The position numbers and the translations under genes are program-made. The notes under the pieces are model-generated. The model ran no database searches. It was not told the DNA's origin and worked only from the letters and a program-made list of their open reading frames with translations. DNA of 64,000 nucleotides, taken from the NCBI RefSeq assembly GCF_002105155.1, contig NW_019029005.1, positions 434,001 to 498,000 on the forward strand, given 5' to 3'. Shown in pieces: positions 26,357 to 39,227 of the stretch. This DNA is from Lobosporangium transversale. Taxonomy: Eukaryota. How positions within the stretch are numbered: position 1 is the stretch's first letter; each line of letters starts with the position of its first letter.

Positions 26357-28829
26357 ATGGGTGCTGTTCAGTCCTTATTCGACCACGAAAATGAAATTGC
26401 TGCTGCAGCTGAAACAGGCAGGCAGCAAAGCATGACTGACCAAAAGAACCTTTCCTGGGGCAGTACGAAGCTGCATAAAAGCATGGCTTCAAAGTTCACG
26501 GAACTTGAGATGCTTTCTCTGCGTACTGTTCTTCAGCAACTCCAGCAGAAACAGGACAAGGCCATCCGACAACAGGCTGCAGTTGAAGCGAATGCTTCCC
26601 AAACAAAGAAGGACATCCGTCCTGTCTCTGGGATCACCGAAGCGACCTTTGTGGTAATCATCATTGTATCTCCAATGGTCTCGTACTTTTATTGGGCAAA
26701 TAATCCGATGGGATGTTTAAAATTCGGTACATTGTCTTTCCTTTCTTTCTCTTGATCTTATTTCTTCCCGTGGACAGGAATATCTTGATATTCCTGGTAA
26801 CAGCCGTGCAGCACAGCTGCTTTTCCGTTCATTTTACAATCTTTCAGTGTATCCTGATCACCCAGAAACATTGCGGAGCCAAGGGCTACCCAAGGTTCTA
26901 ACAGCTCGTGATTTCATCAAGCCTTTGGCATTGTATTGTCAGAAAGTAAGCGAAGGCACATTTGTGGATCTCAACCCCCTCAAAGTTATCTTTGAGTCTT
27001 TTGCTGCCACAGTCCCCAAAGAGCAAGACTCCGCCCAGGCCCATGGGAGCGACAACAACGTGAACAATACCAATACTGACGCCGATACCTTATCGTCATT
27101 GGGAGGAGAAGGCTCACTACATCGTTCAAAGACAATAGAGGATTCGCTTAAAGAACTGACGCTGCAATGGGATCCAGAAGATGAAGAAGATGTAGATAGT
27201 GGTCCCAAGGTGGAGGCATTAGATCTGGTCGAAGTCCTCGATGGTTTATTCTGCCTTATCGAACAAGTGCTCCATTATACTGAAAGCAATGACAATGGTA
27301 GCCCAACAAATGATTCAGCTGCAGAATCACATTCTGTATCCATTACCACAACAACTATAGGATCTCATCGACATCGAGCTCTAATAATGGTAGAGCATCT
27401 TATTCAGTACAGCAAAGCCTCGTCATCCAAAGGAATCAACACGCCTCTTGATTTGACTTCAGAGCTCATTGATTTTGCCATGTTTTCAAAATATGTCTCG
27501 CGAAACATTCCTAATCTCTTCCAAGTACTCTCACCCTACTTTTACAATCTCTTTCTCATCGGTAATACCCTCCGACCAACAGGATCCAACACCAACACTA
27601 GCACCGCAGGAAAGTATATTCTACCCGGGGTCTCTCCGATCCCTAAAATGAGTGCGCCCTCAACCATTCTGACGCCAGAGACTATTGCCCTGGTCTCATG
27701 GTTTCTCCCACTCAGTAAGACAACGCCCACAATGACTCTGCTTTACGCAGGAAGTCAGCATGGATTCAGCATGAGCCAATTTGAAAGTCATGTTTGTAAA
27801 TATCCGGCACCAACTTTGCTTTTATTGCTGGTCGAACGCCGAAAAACCGCGGCTCCTACTTCAAATAGAAGAAAATCCATCTCATTTGGCTCTGCATTAT
27901 CGCACCATGCGCCTTCATATAATGCACAATTGAGTGTTGAAAGCTCCAAATGGCCTTCTGACCGACACGTGAAGCAAAGCTCGCAGCCTTGGCAGAATTG
28001 ACTGAAACACAGTCATCGTCATCATCAGAGGGTCTTCCTATCAATGTAGCCCCAAGACCAATAGTTCGGAAAGAAAGACTAGTCTTGGGCGCTTATGTGT
28101 CAGAGACATGGAAGGTTTCTAAAACAGGATGGGGCAATGATTCATTTGCACTTTTTGAGTTATCACCATGGTTCGAAGTTTTTCCGGCCAAAGTAACAAA
28201 TTCCTCAACGACTGCAGCTAATAAAGGCCCACCACGGTCATTACCTGCTCGAACGAGTCCAAGGCAGGCAATGGGCTCAGGCGGAGCAGCAGCAAATCAA
28301 CAAAAACGGGATTATATTCATTTCCTCAAAAACGTTGGCATTGGCTTTGGAGGACAAGAATCCAACAGTTGCTTGTTGTTTATGGATGATGACAATTTTC
28401 AGTACGGTAGCTACCGACAAGATTTTGCGGGGGGTAATGTGTATATGAATGCAGGGGGAGAACGACAGTTGGGATTTGAGATTGATTTCGAGGTGATTGA
28501 ATGTGAAGTTTGGGGATTGGGTGGACCTGAAGCGAAGGCGCGACAGAAGAAAGAGTGGGATTTTGAGCAGCGTGAGGCTAATCGACGCGCGACAATCCAT
28601 CTACGTAGTAAGGATGGAGAACAGGACATTGATAGAGATTTACTGGTAAGTTTGTGTTGACATTTTCATGTACAACGAAATACATGCATCCATACTTTAC
28701 AAGGAAGAAATAACATATACATTTATGTCTATTGTTTACATTAAATATTTTTGACACAATTAGGAAATGGCAGGGGTGCTTGATCCGGATCGCGGACATC
28801 GCCATGCGCGACGCCAAAGTGCGGTATAA
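26357..28829 (+). CDS. RTC5: TLDc-domain protein, Rtc5/MEAK7-like, with predicted N-myristoylation
   Basis: Starts MGAVQS (MGxxxS). Contains LLYAGSQHGFSMSQFESHVCKYPAPTLLL, LVLGAYVSETWK, ALFELSP, GIGFGG, IECEVWGLGG and the tail WDFEQREANRR...DRDLL|EMAGVL. Introns ~26654-26778 and 28646-28763. Confidence 0.85.
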
Positions 28830-29437
28830 TCTAGACAGGCTGGAGATTTTTTAAGGCTGCATGTATTAAGGTTTTTTTATAAACCGTTGCGCAGGACTGA
28901 AAGTAAACGAGATTCCTCCTCAGCCAAGCAGCCAAGGCAATCAATCCACAAGTATTAAGTATTTAATAAATTAAACTAAAGTTTTTTCAGTCGCATCGAA
29001 GACGATCGAAATAAAGTAGACAATACAGAAAAGATGTGAGTAGGCTATGTTGAGTGAGCCATGTTGCTGTTAAGCATTGGGAATCAAAGTTGCATTGGTG
29101 TGATTTGCTTTGTTTGTTTATAATCCATCCAATAAGCACACATTATCCAAACACAAATGTATCGCCGAAAATGCATCCAAAGTTTCAGTCCTTATCTTTC
29201 TTTCTCTTCAACTTCTCCAGCTCCTTTTCTTCTCTTTCTCTTTCTTCTCTTCTTTCCTTTTCCTCCTCCATTCTGTACTTCTCTTTTCTCTTCCTTTGCT
29301 TGCTTCACAGGACACAAGGATTTCTCAAGCATATAGACTGTCGATTCTTGGGGGAAAAAAAAAAAAAAAAAAAAAAATCCGCAGGAAAAGCAATTGTTTT
29401 CTTCCTCTCTCGCAACTCTCAGTCATTTGTTCAACGA

Positions 29438-31983
29438 ATGACTACCAGATGTCAAGGCAACTCTACGCCTCAAGGGGGCCTTAAGCTGGGCACTCGGATC
29501 ATCTGTTCACTCGCCGCAGCCTCGGCCCTCTTTACCATCTCTTTCACAAACACTAACAGCAATAGCATTCATGACATTGGATTGAAATTGGATGGACACA
29601 CCTCAGGATATGTCTCTGCTGCGCCAGTTGTCCGCAAGTCTCTCCAACAGTCAAGCATCTCCTATACAATAGACAGGACAATCCTATGCCTCCACCAGAC
29701 TTGCCACCCAAAGAAGAGGAAGAAAAAGAACAAGAGCCGGTGGAAGAGGACCCTTGTGCGACGCTTGGGGAACTTCTTGAGCCGAACATCACATTTGAAC
29801 ATGTCAAACGATGTTATGAACATGTGCCTTACAATGCAACGCTTGCCGACGATGTCCTTTCAACCCTCTATACTCTGTTTCGGACTATTACATCTTCATC
29901 GACTCTGCTACACTTGATAACCTAGAAAAGCCCTTCACAACTCCACCAGTGGATATGACCAAGAGCCTTGATCTCTTATCTAAACGCCAATTCAACAGCG
30001 ATTTCGAGTTCCATAAGGAAGTGGATCTACTCGTAAGCAGTCTCAATGATGCTCATGCCAACTATATGGGTAAAAAAAAAAAAAAAAAAACCATAATTCC
30101 TTTTTTTTTTTTATTGTTAAATGTCCTCCTCTCCCCCTTTTTTTTTCCTTGAAGAAAAAGCTGACCAAACCGCTTTTTTTTTAATTTTAGCACAATGCTA
30201 TCGCATTATCTCTTATTCAACCGTTTGAGCTTTATGCCCCTGTCATTGATAACGTTCAGGACAACTTTTTATATCAATTTTGACCATGATGATACCAATC
30301 ATATTAATTAACTTGCCATCACTTGCTAGTATCGCCCTTGTATCCACTAATTTCCTCTCCCACTTCTCCTTCCTGCCATTTTTCCAAAGACTATAAGGAT
30401 ATTGCAAGATAAAACTTTCAGCAATCTTGAGATTGCGAAGTAGTCACGATCGATGGCAAAAACGCCATTGATGCCATCCAGGATTGGGCCGATATCAACT
30501 CTTCGATCTCAAAGGATCGAGGTGTTCGATTAAACAAGGCTTTGGCTTCATATACATTCGATACAGACAAAAAGGACTATATACTCTCTACGGGATCGTT
30601 CTCAACAAGGGCCACTTTACCAGAACATGAAAAAGTGGTCTATCAAATCAAATGCCCAACCTCTCCAGAGTTTCCGGAAGGACAGGAACATCATATGGAT
30701 GTTAAATGGGATATTTATCGCCTGATTACTGGAATGAATTCGACAGTACAGAATCATTTCTGACACAGAATTGTTACAAAGATACAGACCCACAGAATAC
30801 GGAAAATCAACACCGGAGACGAAAAAGGGGCAGACAGCTGATGAACAATCTACAGCGATGATGGACCTCAACAAAGGGATACTGAGAAAAAGAAAAAGAA
30901 GGAGGGCAAAGTCAAGAGCCATAACATTGATCTGCAAGAGTCTATTCAGGCAGCAATCGAGCCACTAAACCATCAGACGATCCATCCAATACAAAGGATC
31001 CATAAGCGACAACAGCCATTACCTAGCCCGGCCGTTCGGCTGGTTTACAATGGTACCTCAACTGCCTTTTATCAACTATTGAAGAGACCCGAGATTGGCG
31101 TTGTAGTGATCCCGACACACTCGGTTAATTTAAAAACAGAGACCAGTATCATGGAGCAAGGGTTTGGTCTATTATATAATGCTGGAGTTCAGAATGTAAT
31201 CCTGGATCTGACGGCAAATGGGGGAGGCTATGTGACATTTGCATATGATCTGGTGGATTGGATGTTCCCATTAGACAACATAACCTCAGTCTATCAATCA
31301 GATCTCCGAACACCCATGAGCGTAAAAGCCTTGTCACAAGTGGTTTGGTGAATGCAGAGTATAATGGCTATCATGATCCAGCTGCGTACTCAGACCCTGT
31401 CACACGACAGGATTTCACGACAAATTTCTTTTTTACAGGATCGATTGATCCGACGATCACGGCATCGGACAAGCTATTCGCCATTGGTCCTGATGAACCA
31501 TAATTTAGGGGCTTTCGAGATGGGTATGCCTTGGCAGCATGATGCTCAACGAATCGTGGTCATGACAGATGGGTCCTGTGGATCGGCTTGCGGGATGAGT
31601 TTGAACCGGTTAAAGAATACACATGGGGTCAAATCGTACGCTGTAGGGGGTCGACAGGGTGAGGAGCTGTCCTTGTTTTCGTTCCCAGGGGCGTCGGTCT
31701 ATGGATTAGATTCACTCTTGGACGACTTTGAGAACCTAGGAGTGGATCCACCGATGAAACGGATGCGGTATAAAGGCATCTTTCGAGTCCCGATCCTTGA
31801 GTTCTATCAGGAAGGGGAATCAATGCCAATAGAATATAATCCAAAGCTTTTCAAAGCGGATTTCCATATAGATTATACCCCATCACGGCTCGATATCACG
31901 AAGTCCTCTGGGAAATAGTGGCCAATAACCACTGGAAACAAGATGGGCAGACAGGCGATGATCCATCCATTGAACAACACTAG
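29438..31983 (+). CDS. Secreted S41-family (CPAF/tail-specific protease-like) peptidase
   Basis: Hydrophobic N-terminal segment, then DPC...VKRCYEHVPYN, LVSSLNDAHANY, VVTIDGKNA, NVILDLTANGGGY and the catalytic-region motif VVMTDGSCGSAC, plus YAVGGR. Introns near 30070-30190 and 30260-30390. Confidence 0.85.
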
Positions 31984-32229
31984 CCGTTATCACATATATA
32001 TACAAAAAAAAAAAAAAAAAAAAAAACATTATCGATACCTTGCATTATACATAAAGGATTAATCCAACATGACTCACCCAATTTGCTTTATTTCTACTTT
32101 TTTATTTTATTATTATTGTTATTATTATTAATTTCATTATTATGTGCGACCCAGGGTTTAATATGCATGAAAAGGTTATAATGTCTCATTGCTTCTGATG
32201 GTAAAGAACAACTGCTTTCATGAACCCTA

Positions 32230-34026
32230 TTATATGCCTTGGGGGTTTCGACGAGGACCATCCATATAGCTGTCTGGTGTCATATATTGAGGATTCTGTG
32301 GAGGTCGGGAAAGGGCTGGGGGTGTTTCAGGCTTTTGCTGTTGGTATTGTTGATGCTCAAATGGCGGCGAGACATTCGTGACTGGGCTGCCTACAGGTTG
32401 ATAGACCGTAGGCTGCTGGTACATCTCTGGTTGAGGGCTGTACACAGGCGCAGTACCTGAAGAAGGGGGGACATAGGTGTTCTGCTGTTGATATGCGTTC
32501 TCATAAACTTGTTGATGTTGTTGGCTTGGTGGTGATTGGGGCTGGAAGATTTGTGGTTGAATCTGCGACGGCTGCTGGTAGTCATGGATAACAGGTGGCT
32601 GATATGGTGTATATGGTGCCTGAGAATAGACGATAGGTTGAGGTTGAGGCTGAGGCTGTGGGTGCTGGTTCTGCCACGCAGGATTTACTGGGGGGTATGA
32701 TGTGGCTCCTTCTGCAGCTCCTACTCCTGTCATTCCACCATTGGTTGGCTGTTGGGTGTGGATGTAGATACCGGAACCTTGGCCTTCTCCGCTTGTTGTC
32801 GGTTTTCTATATACAAAGAATCCAATGACGAGTGCAATAACGGCCAATCCTCCAACAACACCACCGATGATGCCACCCATGTTGGAAGACTTTCCAGGAT
32901 TTTCGGGATTTGTGGGATTTGTAGAATTTCCAGTCCCAGAAGTGGGTTTGATTCCCCCGGAAGGAGCAGAGGGGTCAGCTTCAGCTGTGGGTGAATATTT
33001 AGACTGCCAGACATTATTTTTGATGTTGTAAATGATAGTCAGGTTGGAACTAATGATTGTGTTGACGCCACACCACCCCAGGAAATAAACAAAATCGTTG
33101 CTCACTGCACAGTGAGTCTCTGCACGCGCACTCAGGAGACCTGCATCCGTGCCCTTTGTCCATGTCATGGTTGCAGTATCCAGAATGTAAATATCGCTTA
33201 GAACTGAGTTAGATTGCTCTGTGAGCCCACCAAAGAGGATCATCTTGGCACCTCCATAGGCTGAGACCATGCATGGGGATCGACGTGGAGAAGGCACAGT
33301 GCCTTTGGCCGGGATGTCTTGCCATAAATTAATAGCATCCCAGGTGTACATATCATTATGACATTATTGGTCCCCATAGGGGACCCGCCAAAAACAACAA
33401 TCTTCTTCAGCTGTTCGCTCCAAGCAACACCGTAGGTGACATTGTAGCCAGGCGAAGATGCATGGGAACACCCTTAAGCGTATTCGCGGCAATGTCGTAT
33501 TGTGCCATCTGTGTGACATTGTTGGCATATACCCATTTGGAATATATACAAGGCCCGTGGATGGATCTGTGACACCACCAATGCCGCGTACCTTGCTGAG
33601 ATAAATGGAGCCACCTATAGTTTTCCAGTTGTTGAGAGAGATATCGTATTGGTATCCAACGCCACTTGCAAGTACGAACCAGCCCTGCCCGCCTTTGAGC
33701 TGTGCTGCAGAATGTTTATAATCACTAGGACCATCCGCGAGACGTCTGTAGGGTACATTGGAAGTATCCCAAGGAGTTGAGAGGTCGATTTCAAAGGTCT
33801 GCGGAATTGCGTACGTGCCATTGCTACCGCCTTGGATAATAAACCTTTGACCTTCTATAAAGGTCGATACACCACCCCATGTAGTAGTGGGCGTATAATA
33901 TTGAGCGGCAGCAGGACTAGTGATGTAGGAAGAGAGCGAGAGCAGGAGGAAGAGACATGCTGTAGTTGTCCTTGTAGTTGATTTGGCTCGTGATGACGAT
34001 ATGATGGTGCTCAAAACAGCCATCAT
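32230..34026 (-). CDS. Kelch-repeat single-pass membrane protein (paralog A), intronless, with frameshift(s) near 33360-33510
   Basis: Signal peptide CLFLLLSLSSYITSPAAA|Q, then FIIQGG, TDPSTGLVYIPNG and PSPRRSPCMVSAYGGAKMILFGG...SDIYILD. TM GGIIGGVVGGLAVIALVIGFFVY; Pro/Gln/Tyr-rich tail ending RRNPQGI*. Confidence 0.85.
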
Positions 34027-36199
34027 CAATATTTTTTTTTTAAAAGGTTTATGTCGATGCGGTGAAGCAAGGGAAGGGACAAAAAAGAGAATCCGTGGAT
34101 TGCAGACAAGTTGATGGGCGCGTGTATCTGCGTATGTGGGGTGAGTGTCGTAGTATAAATAATTGTATGGTTGCCACGGATGGTGGGGAATGAAGGCGTG
34201 AAGACTGATAGAGGAATGATATAGATTCACAGGCGACTGCACAGAGACTGAAAGAAGAAGAGAGGCAGAAAGAGGGATTGAGTAGCGGAAGTATGGCAAA
34301 GGAAAGAGCGGAAGGGAGGAAGAAAGGAAGAGCGAAAGGAAGGAAAGAGGGTAGAGTGGAAGGAAGGAAGAGTGGAAAGAAGGAAAGGAAAGGAAAAAAA
34401 AAGAGGAAAAAAATCCTTAGGAGAGAGAAAGTTTGTCCCCTTGCCCTCGTCTGTTGAAAAACAGGAAAACTAACATTCTTTTGGTTCTTTCGTTTTCATT
34501 GCTCTCAACGGAAAATATCTTTCACCACAGAAGGGGGAAAACAAATAAAAGCCCATTCTTTTTCATGAATTCAATCCGTTTTATAAGATCTTGCATCTGT
34601 TTAGCTGCAAGGCCTGGTATTTTTATTAGACATGTATACATTATATAAATGTTGCCATCTTGATTGCAGGCGAGTTTGCTTGTGTAAAATAAAACCTGTC
34701 TACAAACTGAATATAAAAAATTAAGTTGTAAGATTTGACGCTCTCATTCTAACTTAGAGCTCGACCAGTAGCGGGGATTTTGAGTACACAAAGTTTGCAC
34801 AGCCTTTTTGTTGCACGTGGTGCCTGATCCAGCAAGGAGTTCTGGTGCTGTGGTAAATTGGTAAATTGGTAAATTAAATGACAATCCGGTGCAGTATCAA
34901 ATAACAGAAGCGTTGCTTGCAAAGAGATGCTCTCTTTCTTTCTTTCTCTCCTGCTTCTTTCTTTCTTTTGTTTTCTTTCTTTCTTTCTTGGTAAAAGTAG
35001 GCAGCAATAAAAATGTTTCTGATCACAGATGCTCTGGTGGCATTACGAGACATTTTAACGTCTTACACATTGCATCACAATGGTTACTAATATCCCTTTC
35101 TCTAACAATCCTTGCAGGAGATCGCAATCATACAGCGACCCCCATTTGACTGCTTTCTGGACTGAGGGTTATGTCGATGATCAAGAGTAAAATGGAGAAA
35201 ACTTGAAAGGTAGAAAGTATTGGCGTGGAAGACAGAGTAGTATGAAAGCAACCAAAAAAATAAAAAAAAAAGACTTGGTCTTGAGACTTGTTTGATAGAG
35301 CGAAAATGAGACGTAGCTCGTGGAGGGGCACGATAGCCAGCTTTCTTGCCTCAGAAAAGATTCATAATATAACATTTTTCAAAAGGGAAAAAGGAGAGAA
35401 AAAAAAAAAAGCATGGGTGATGCTCGAGGCTATTACATGCATATCATAAAAACTTTTGGTTTTGAGCAGTTTTACGGTATAAGTACTTAAACAGCGCCGA
35501 AAGATTGCAAAAGAGAAGGATGGATTGCAGGGAAGCATAGTTAATAAATGAGAAAGAGGAAGAAAAAAATATATATCTGTTATATAATTTGCATGGATTT
35601 TGTTTACAGCTGAAGGTCGGTGACATGAGGAGTCTTCCCAACGCGTTCATGAAACATGCTTTGTATCCTTCATACGCAAAATAAACAAATACAAATGCAA
35701 ATAAATTGAAAATCATTGCAAACCAGATTTGTAAATTAGCCTTGATGGTTCATGATCGGTCCTGTAACGTTTCTTGCTCTTGTCTACTTCTTGCTTGAAA
35801 TACACCTTCACTCCTCTTTTTTTTTTCTTTTATTTGTCTCTCTCTTTCTTCTTCTCTCTCTCTCTTTAGCATTTCTGTATTATCTTCCTCTTCGTTTATG
35901 TAATCAAACTCTGCTTTTATACATGTTTCATTCCCCCCTTTTTTTTCCTGAAGGCCAAATCTCTTGGAGCATCCTTTTTGTGTTTTCTCTCCCTTTTTTT
36001 TTTTTTTTCTGTTTTTCTGGTCAATATGCATCATAGAGCCTCTTGAACGTACGCTTAAGTAAGAAACGCCTGCAGGGACTATGCTTAGGCATTCGAGTTA
36101 ATTATCTTCCACCATCCAATTACTTCTCCTTCCTTCTCCCTCCTCCTCTTTTCTTTCCTTTTTCTTTCTTTCTTTCCTTTTTCTTTTTTCTTTTTTCTT

Positions 36200-37894
36200 T
36201 TATCGTGGTACCAAGTTGAGTGATGACCTTGCTGCTGCTGGAGAAAGTTCTGGCGTTATGTGGTTTTGGATTCCACCAGCCGCAAACTTCTCTTTATCGA
36301 ATGAGAGCCCATCACGAGGTAAGTTGCTTCTATTTGCAGCAGTGACGGATCCCAAGTTATTGGCGCTAGAATGTCGATCCGGTGTAGCTTTGTGGGGGCC
36401 CTTTAGAGCAGATGTGGCGGCATAACTGATGCACTGGCGCTCGATTTTTTGGTGATGTCTCCGGACGAATACACTCACCAGAGTCACACAAGCAATCAAG
36501 AGGACCGTTCCAATGATACCGCCAATCACCATTAGCGATAATGTTGTCTTATGATCATCCATGGGGTTTGATGAAGAATTACCATTGCTTCCGTTTCCTT
36601 CGGACGTGATTGGGGCTGTCGTTTGGTAATCCAGCAGACCCGCCGTACCCATTATTAGTAGCACCATTGGCGTAGTAAGATGGAGGGGTGTAGGATGAGA
36701 TGTACTGACCACTGTTCAGATCGTAAAGGACGATGGTACCGTCTACGGTCCGCTGACCGTTATTCCCACCCCATGCTAAGAATATTGAACCAGCGACAGT
36801 ACATGTAGTTGCAGTTCTGGGCTCAAACCAAGGATCTCCCTGTGTCCATGTGAGAGAGGAAACATCCAAGATCCAAAGGTCTCTGGCAAACGTACCATTA
36901 TCGAATCGACCGCCGAATACAACCACCTTACTGCTATCGTCGCCTAACGAAGATAAAAATAAATAAATAAATAAAATAAAAATGAAAATGCTGCTATAAA
37001 GAAGCCTTGTGAGGTATGTCTCCTTCTGTAACTTACTTGCAGCCATACAATGGTCTACCCTGTGTGGTGGACTTTGACCGCTGGTATTCTATGAAAAATT
37101 TCAAATACAAAAAGTGTAAAGCCTGAGAAAAAGCTCATTTGCGTCGTAAAGGCATGAGACGTAGGAAATGGTATGGGATCTCAGCACTTACGAGGGTTAG
37201 CCAGCCTCCATTACTCGGTGTGAACTCGGAAATCACATTCTGACTGGATTGGTTGTTGTTTGCCGTTCCGCCAAAGTAGATGATGCTTCTACGGCTTTTG
37301 AGGTAAACGCCTGCATAAAACAGTCTGTCTACCATATAATTACTAGGCATGGAGAGCATGGTCATGGTGTCTGTGTCGATGTTGTAGACGTACATCTGTG
37401 AATCATCGCTCTGATATCCTCCCGCTAGATAGACGAGACCAGAAACAGGATCTTGAACGGCACGAACGCCCTCTTTAGTAGGGTTTTGAACCTTGACTAC
37501 AGATTGATCCCAAGAATTGCTGAGAATATGGTACCTGTACGAGAGAGCCGAGCCCGAAGCTGAGGAGGTGGCTCGGAACGTGACCAGAGTGTTCTCGTCC
37601 GTAGAAATGGCAGCTGTGTGCATTGCTTGAGTAGGACCTTGTTTCAACCCAATCCAGGTTGGGCTAGCAGCATCCCAGGCAGTGGCAAGGTCGAGGGCAA
37701 ACAATTGATTTTGCTGTGCGACTGTATTCCCATTAAGGCTGACGACACCCCCTTGTACATAAAGTTTTGTTCTTGAACGAACGAATGCGGCGCCATTGAC
37801 GGGAACTGGTGTATTTCCTATAATCTGACCCTGTGTGCAGATAATGTTTTGTAAAGGATAGGGAAGCGAGTGTCAAGAAGGATGTGTGCCGCAT
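36200..37894 (-). CDS. Kelch-repeat single-pass membrane protein (paralog D); two or more introns
   Basis: AAFVRSRTKLYVQGG, LFALDLATAW, DPVSGLVYLAGGY, IIYFGG, KVVVFGGR...DLWILDV and TCTVAGSIFLAWGG. TM VIGGIIGTVLLIACVTLVSVFV followed by RRHH. Confidence 0.8.
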
Positions 37895-39227
37895 GTTGCT
37901 ACTAACTCTGTAAAGATGTGCTTGTGTGCTTGTGTGCTTGTGTGCTTGTGTATATTATAAAACGCGTGGCTATAATGTATTAGTTTGAAGGGATACAATT
38001 GATACAATTGATACAATTACAAAAATAAATTGACAAATGAATATGAAAGGGCGGTAAAGTAAAAATGAGAGAAGGGTATGAAGGGAAGAAAGCGAGGTTG
38101 AATTGAGGAATGGGGAATAGAAAGTTGCTGCTTTTAAATAGAATCCTGTTGCAACAACACACACAACAAAATCATATACTATCGGGATGGCTAGTGCTCA
38201 TTGTCAAATGAAAAAAAGTGTTTTTTTTTTTTTTTTTTTTTTTTTTGCAGAGATCTTTATTGATCAAGGAGGCAGACAAAGGCAAACAGAGAGGTAAACA
38301 GATGGAGCAGAGCAACCATCCAGGATATAGGTACATCCATCCATTTAGTCTGGGTCTCATGCATCGATCTGTTTAAGAAAGTGTTTGTTGGGTATAATAA
38401 TACATAGACATTTGAGATGCTTTCTTGACTTTGAGTGTGAAGAGCACTTTGCACTCATCTCTTTCCACAGGAGGTCACTTTTTTTTTGTCAACTCTGACA
38501 GAGCTCACTGGCACTACTTCATTCCAAGGGGGTGATACATTTCACTCTACGAGCTGACGCGCAATCAACGAATTTTTCCGTAAACGGTGGCTCTGAAGCC
38601 CCTTATTTACTTTGCAAATACTGTAGAAGCAGTAGGATTTTTATTTTAAGACTGATTTTCAACGAATGGCTCCAAATGGTCAATGTTCCACCCTCAAAGG
38701 ACACGTTGACTGGGTTAAGAACCTGTTTCAATAAACCACTCTTTCCGCTGTTCAGCCAGAGTTTTTGCCAAAAATATAAACGTGTTATTTCTATGTCTAC
38801 CTCGGCAATCAGTTACACGAGACCCCGTGCTTCCAAGCCGTTGCCGTGGGCATTTTGCTCTAATTGTCTAAGCGAAAACAGCTAGTTTTGATGTCTGGTG
38901 CGCCAAGAGCCAGATAGAGGGTCGCAAACACGAAAAGATATCACTCTGACCGATGAGAACCGTGAGATGCTAATTTAGCAAGGATGTAATAGCAAACCGC
39001 ATCAGCAACAGTAGTCTTTTGCTAGCATGTTGAAGTAGCACAGCCAGAATCCCTGCTTTTGAAGTGTTCTCCTTACAGCCACCGAAAATACGTAAAAAGC
39101 GTCATAACTTTAATAAAATTTGAACCATGTGACACATGAAGTAAACTCTATAGTTCCGTTTATTCCTTTGTCTTTTGCATTGGACTTTGATTCCGCTTTT
39201 TTTTTTTTTTTATATTTGCATTCCTAA

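Noticed and set aside
34290..34410. Long purine-only tract upstream of kelch paralog A (possible triplex/H-DNA)
   Set aside because: Similar CT/GA-rich tracts precede many genes here (25430-25560, 14230-14300, 44670-44700); ordinary fungal 5' regions.
38460..39200. Homopolymer-poor intergenic stretch upstream of TPX2 with a short TLTDENREML-like peptide, considered as a transposase remnant
   Set aside because: Too short; no DDE motif, inverted repeats or extended frame found.
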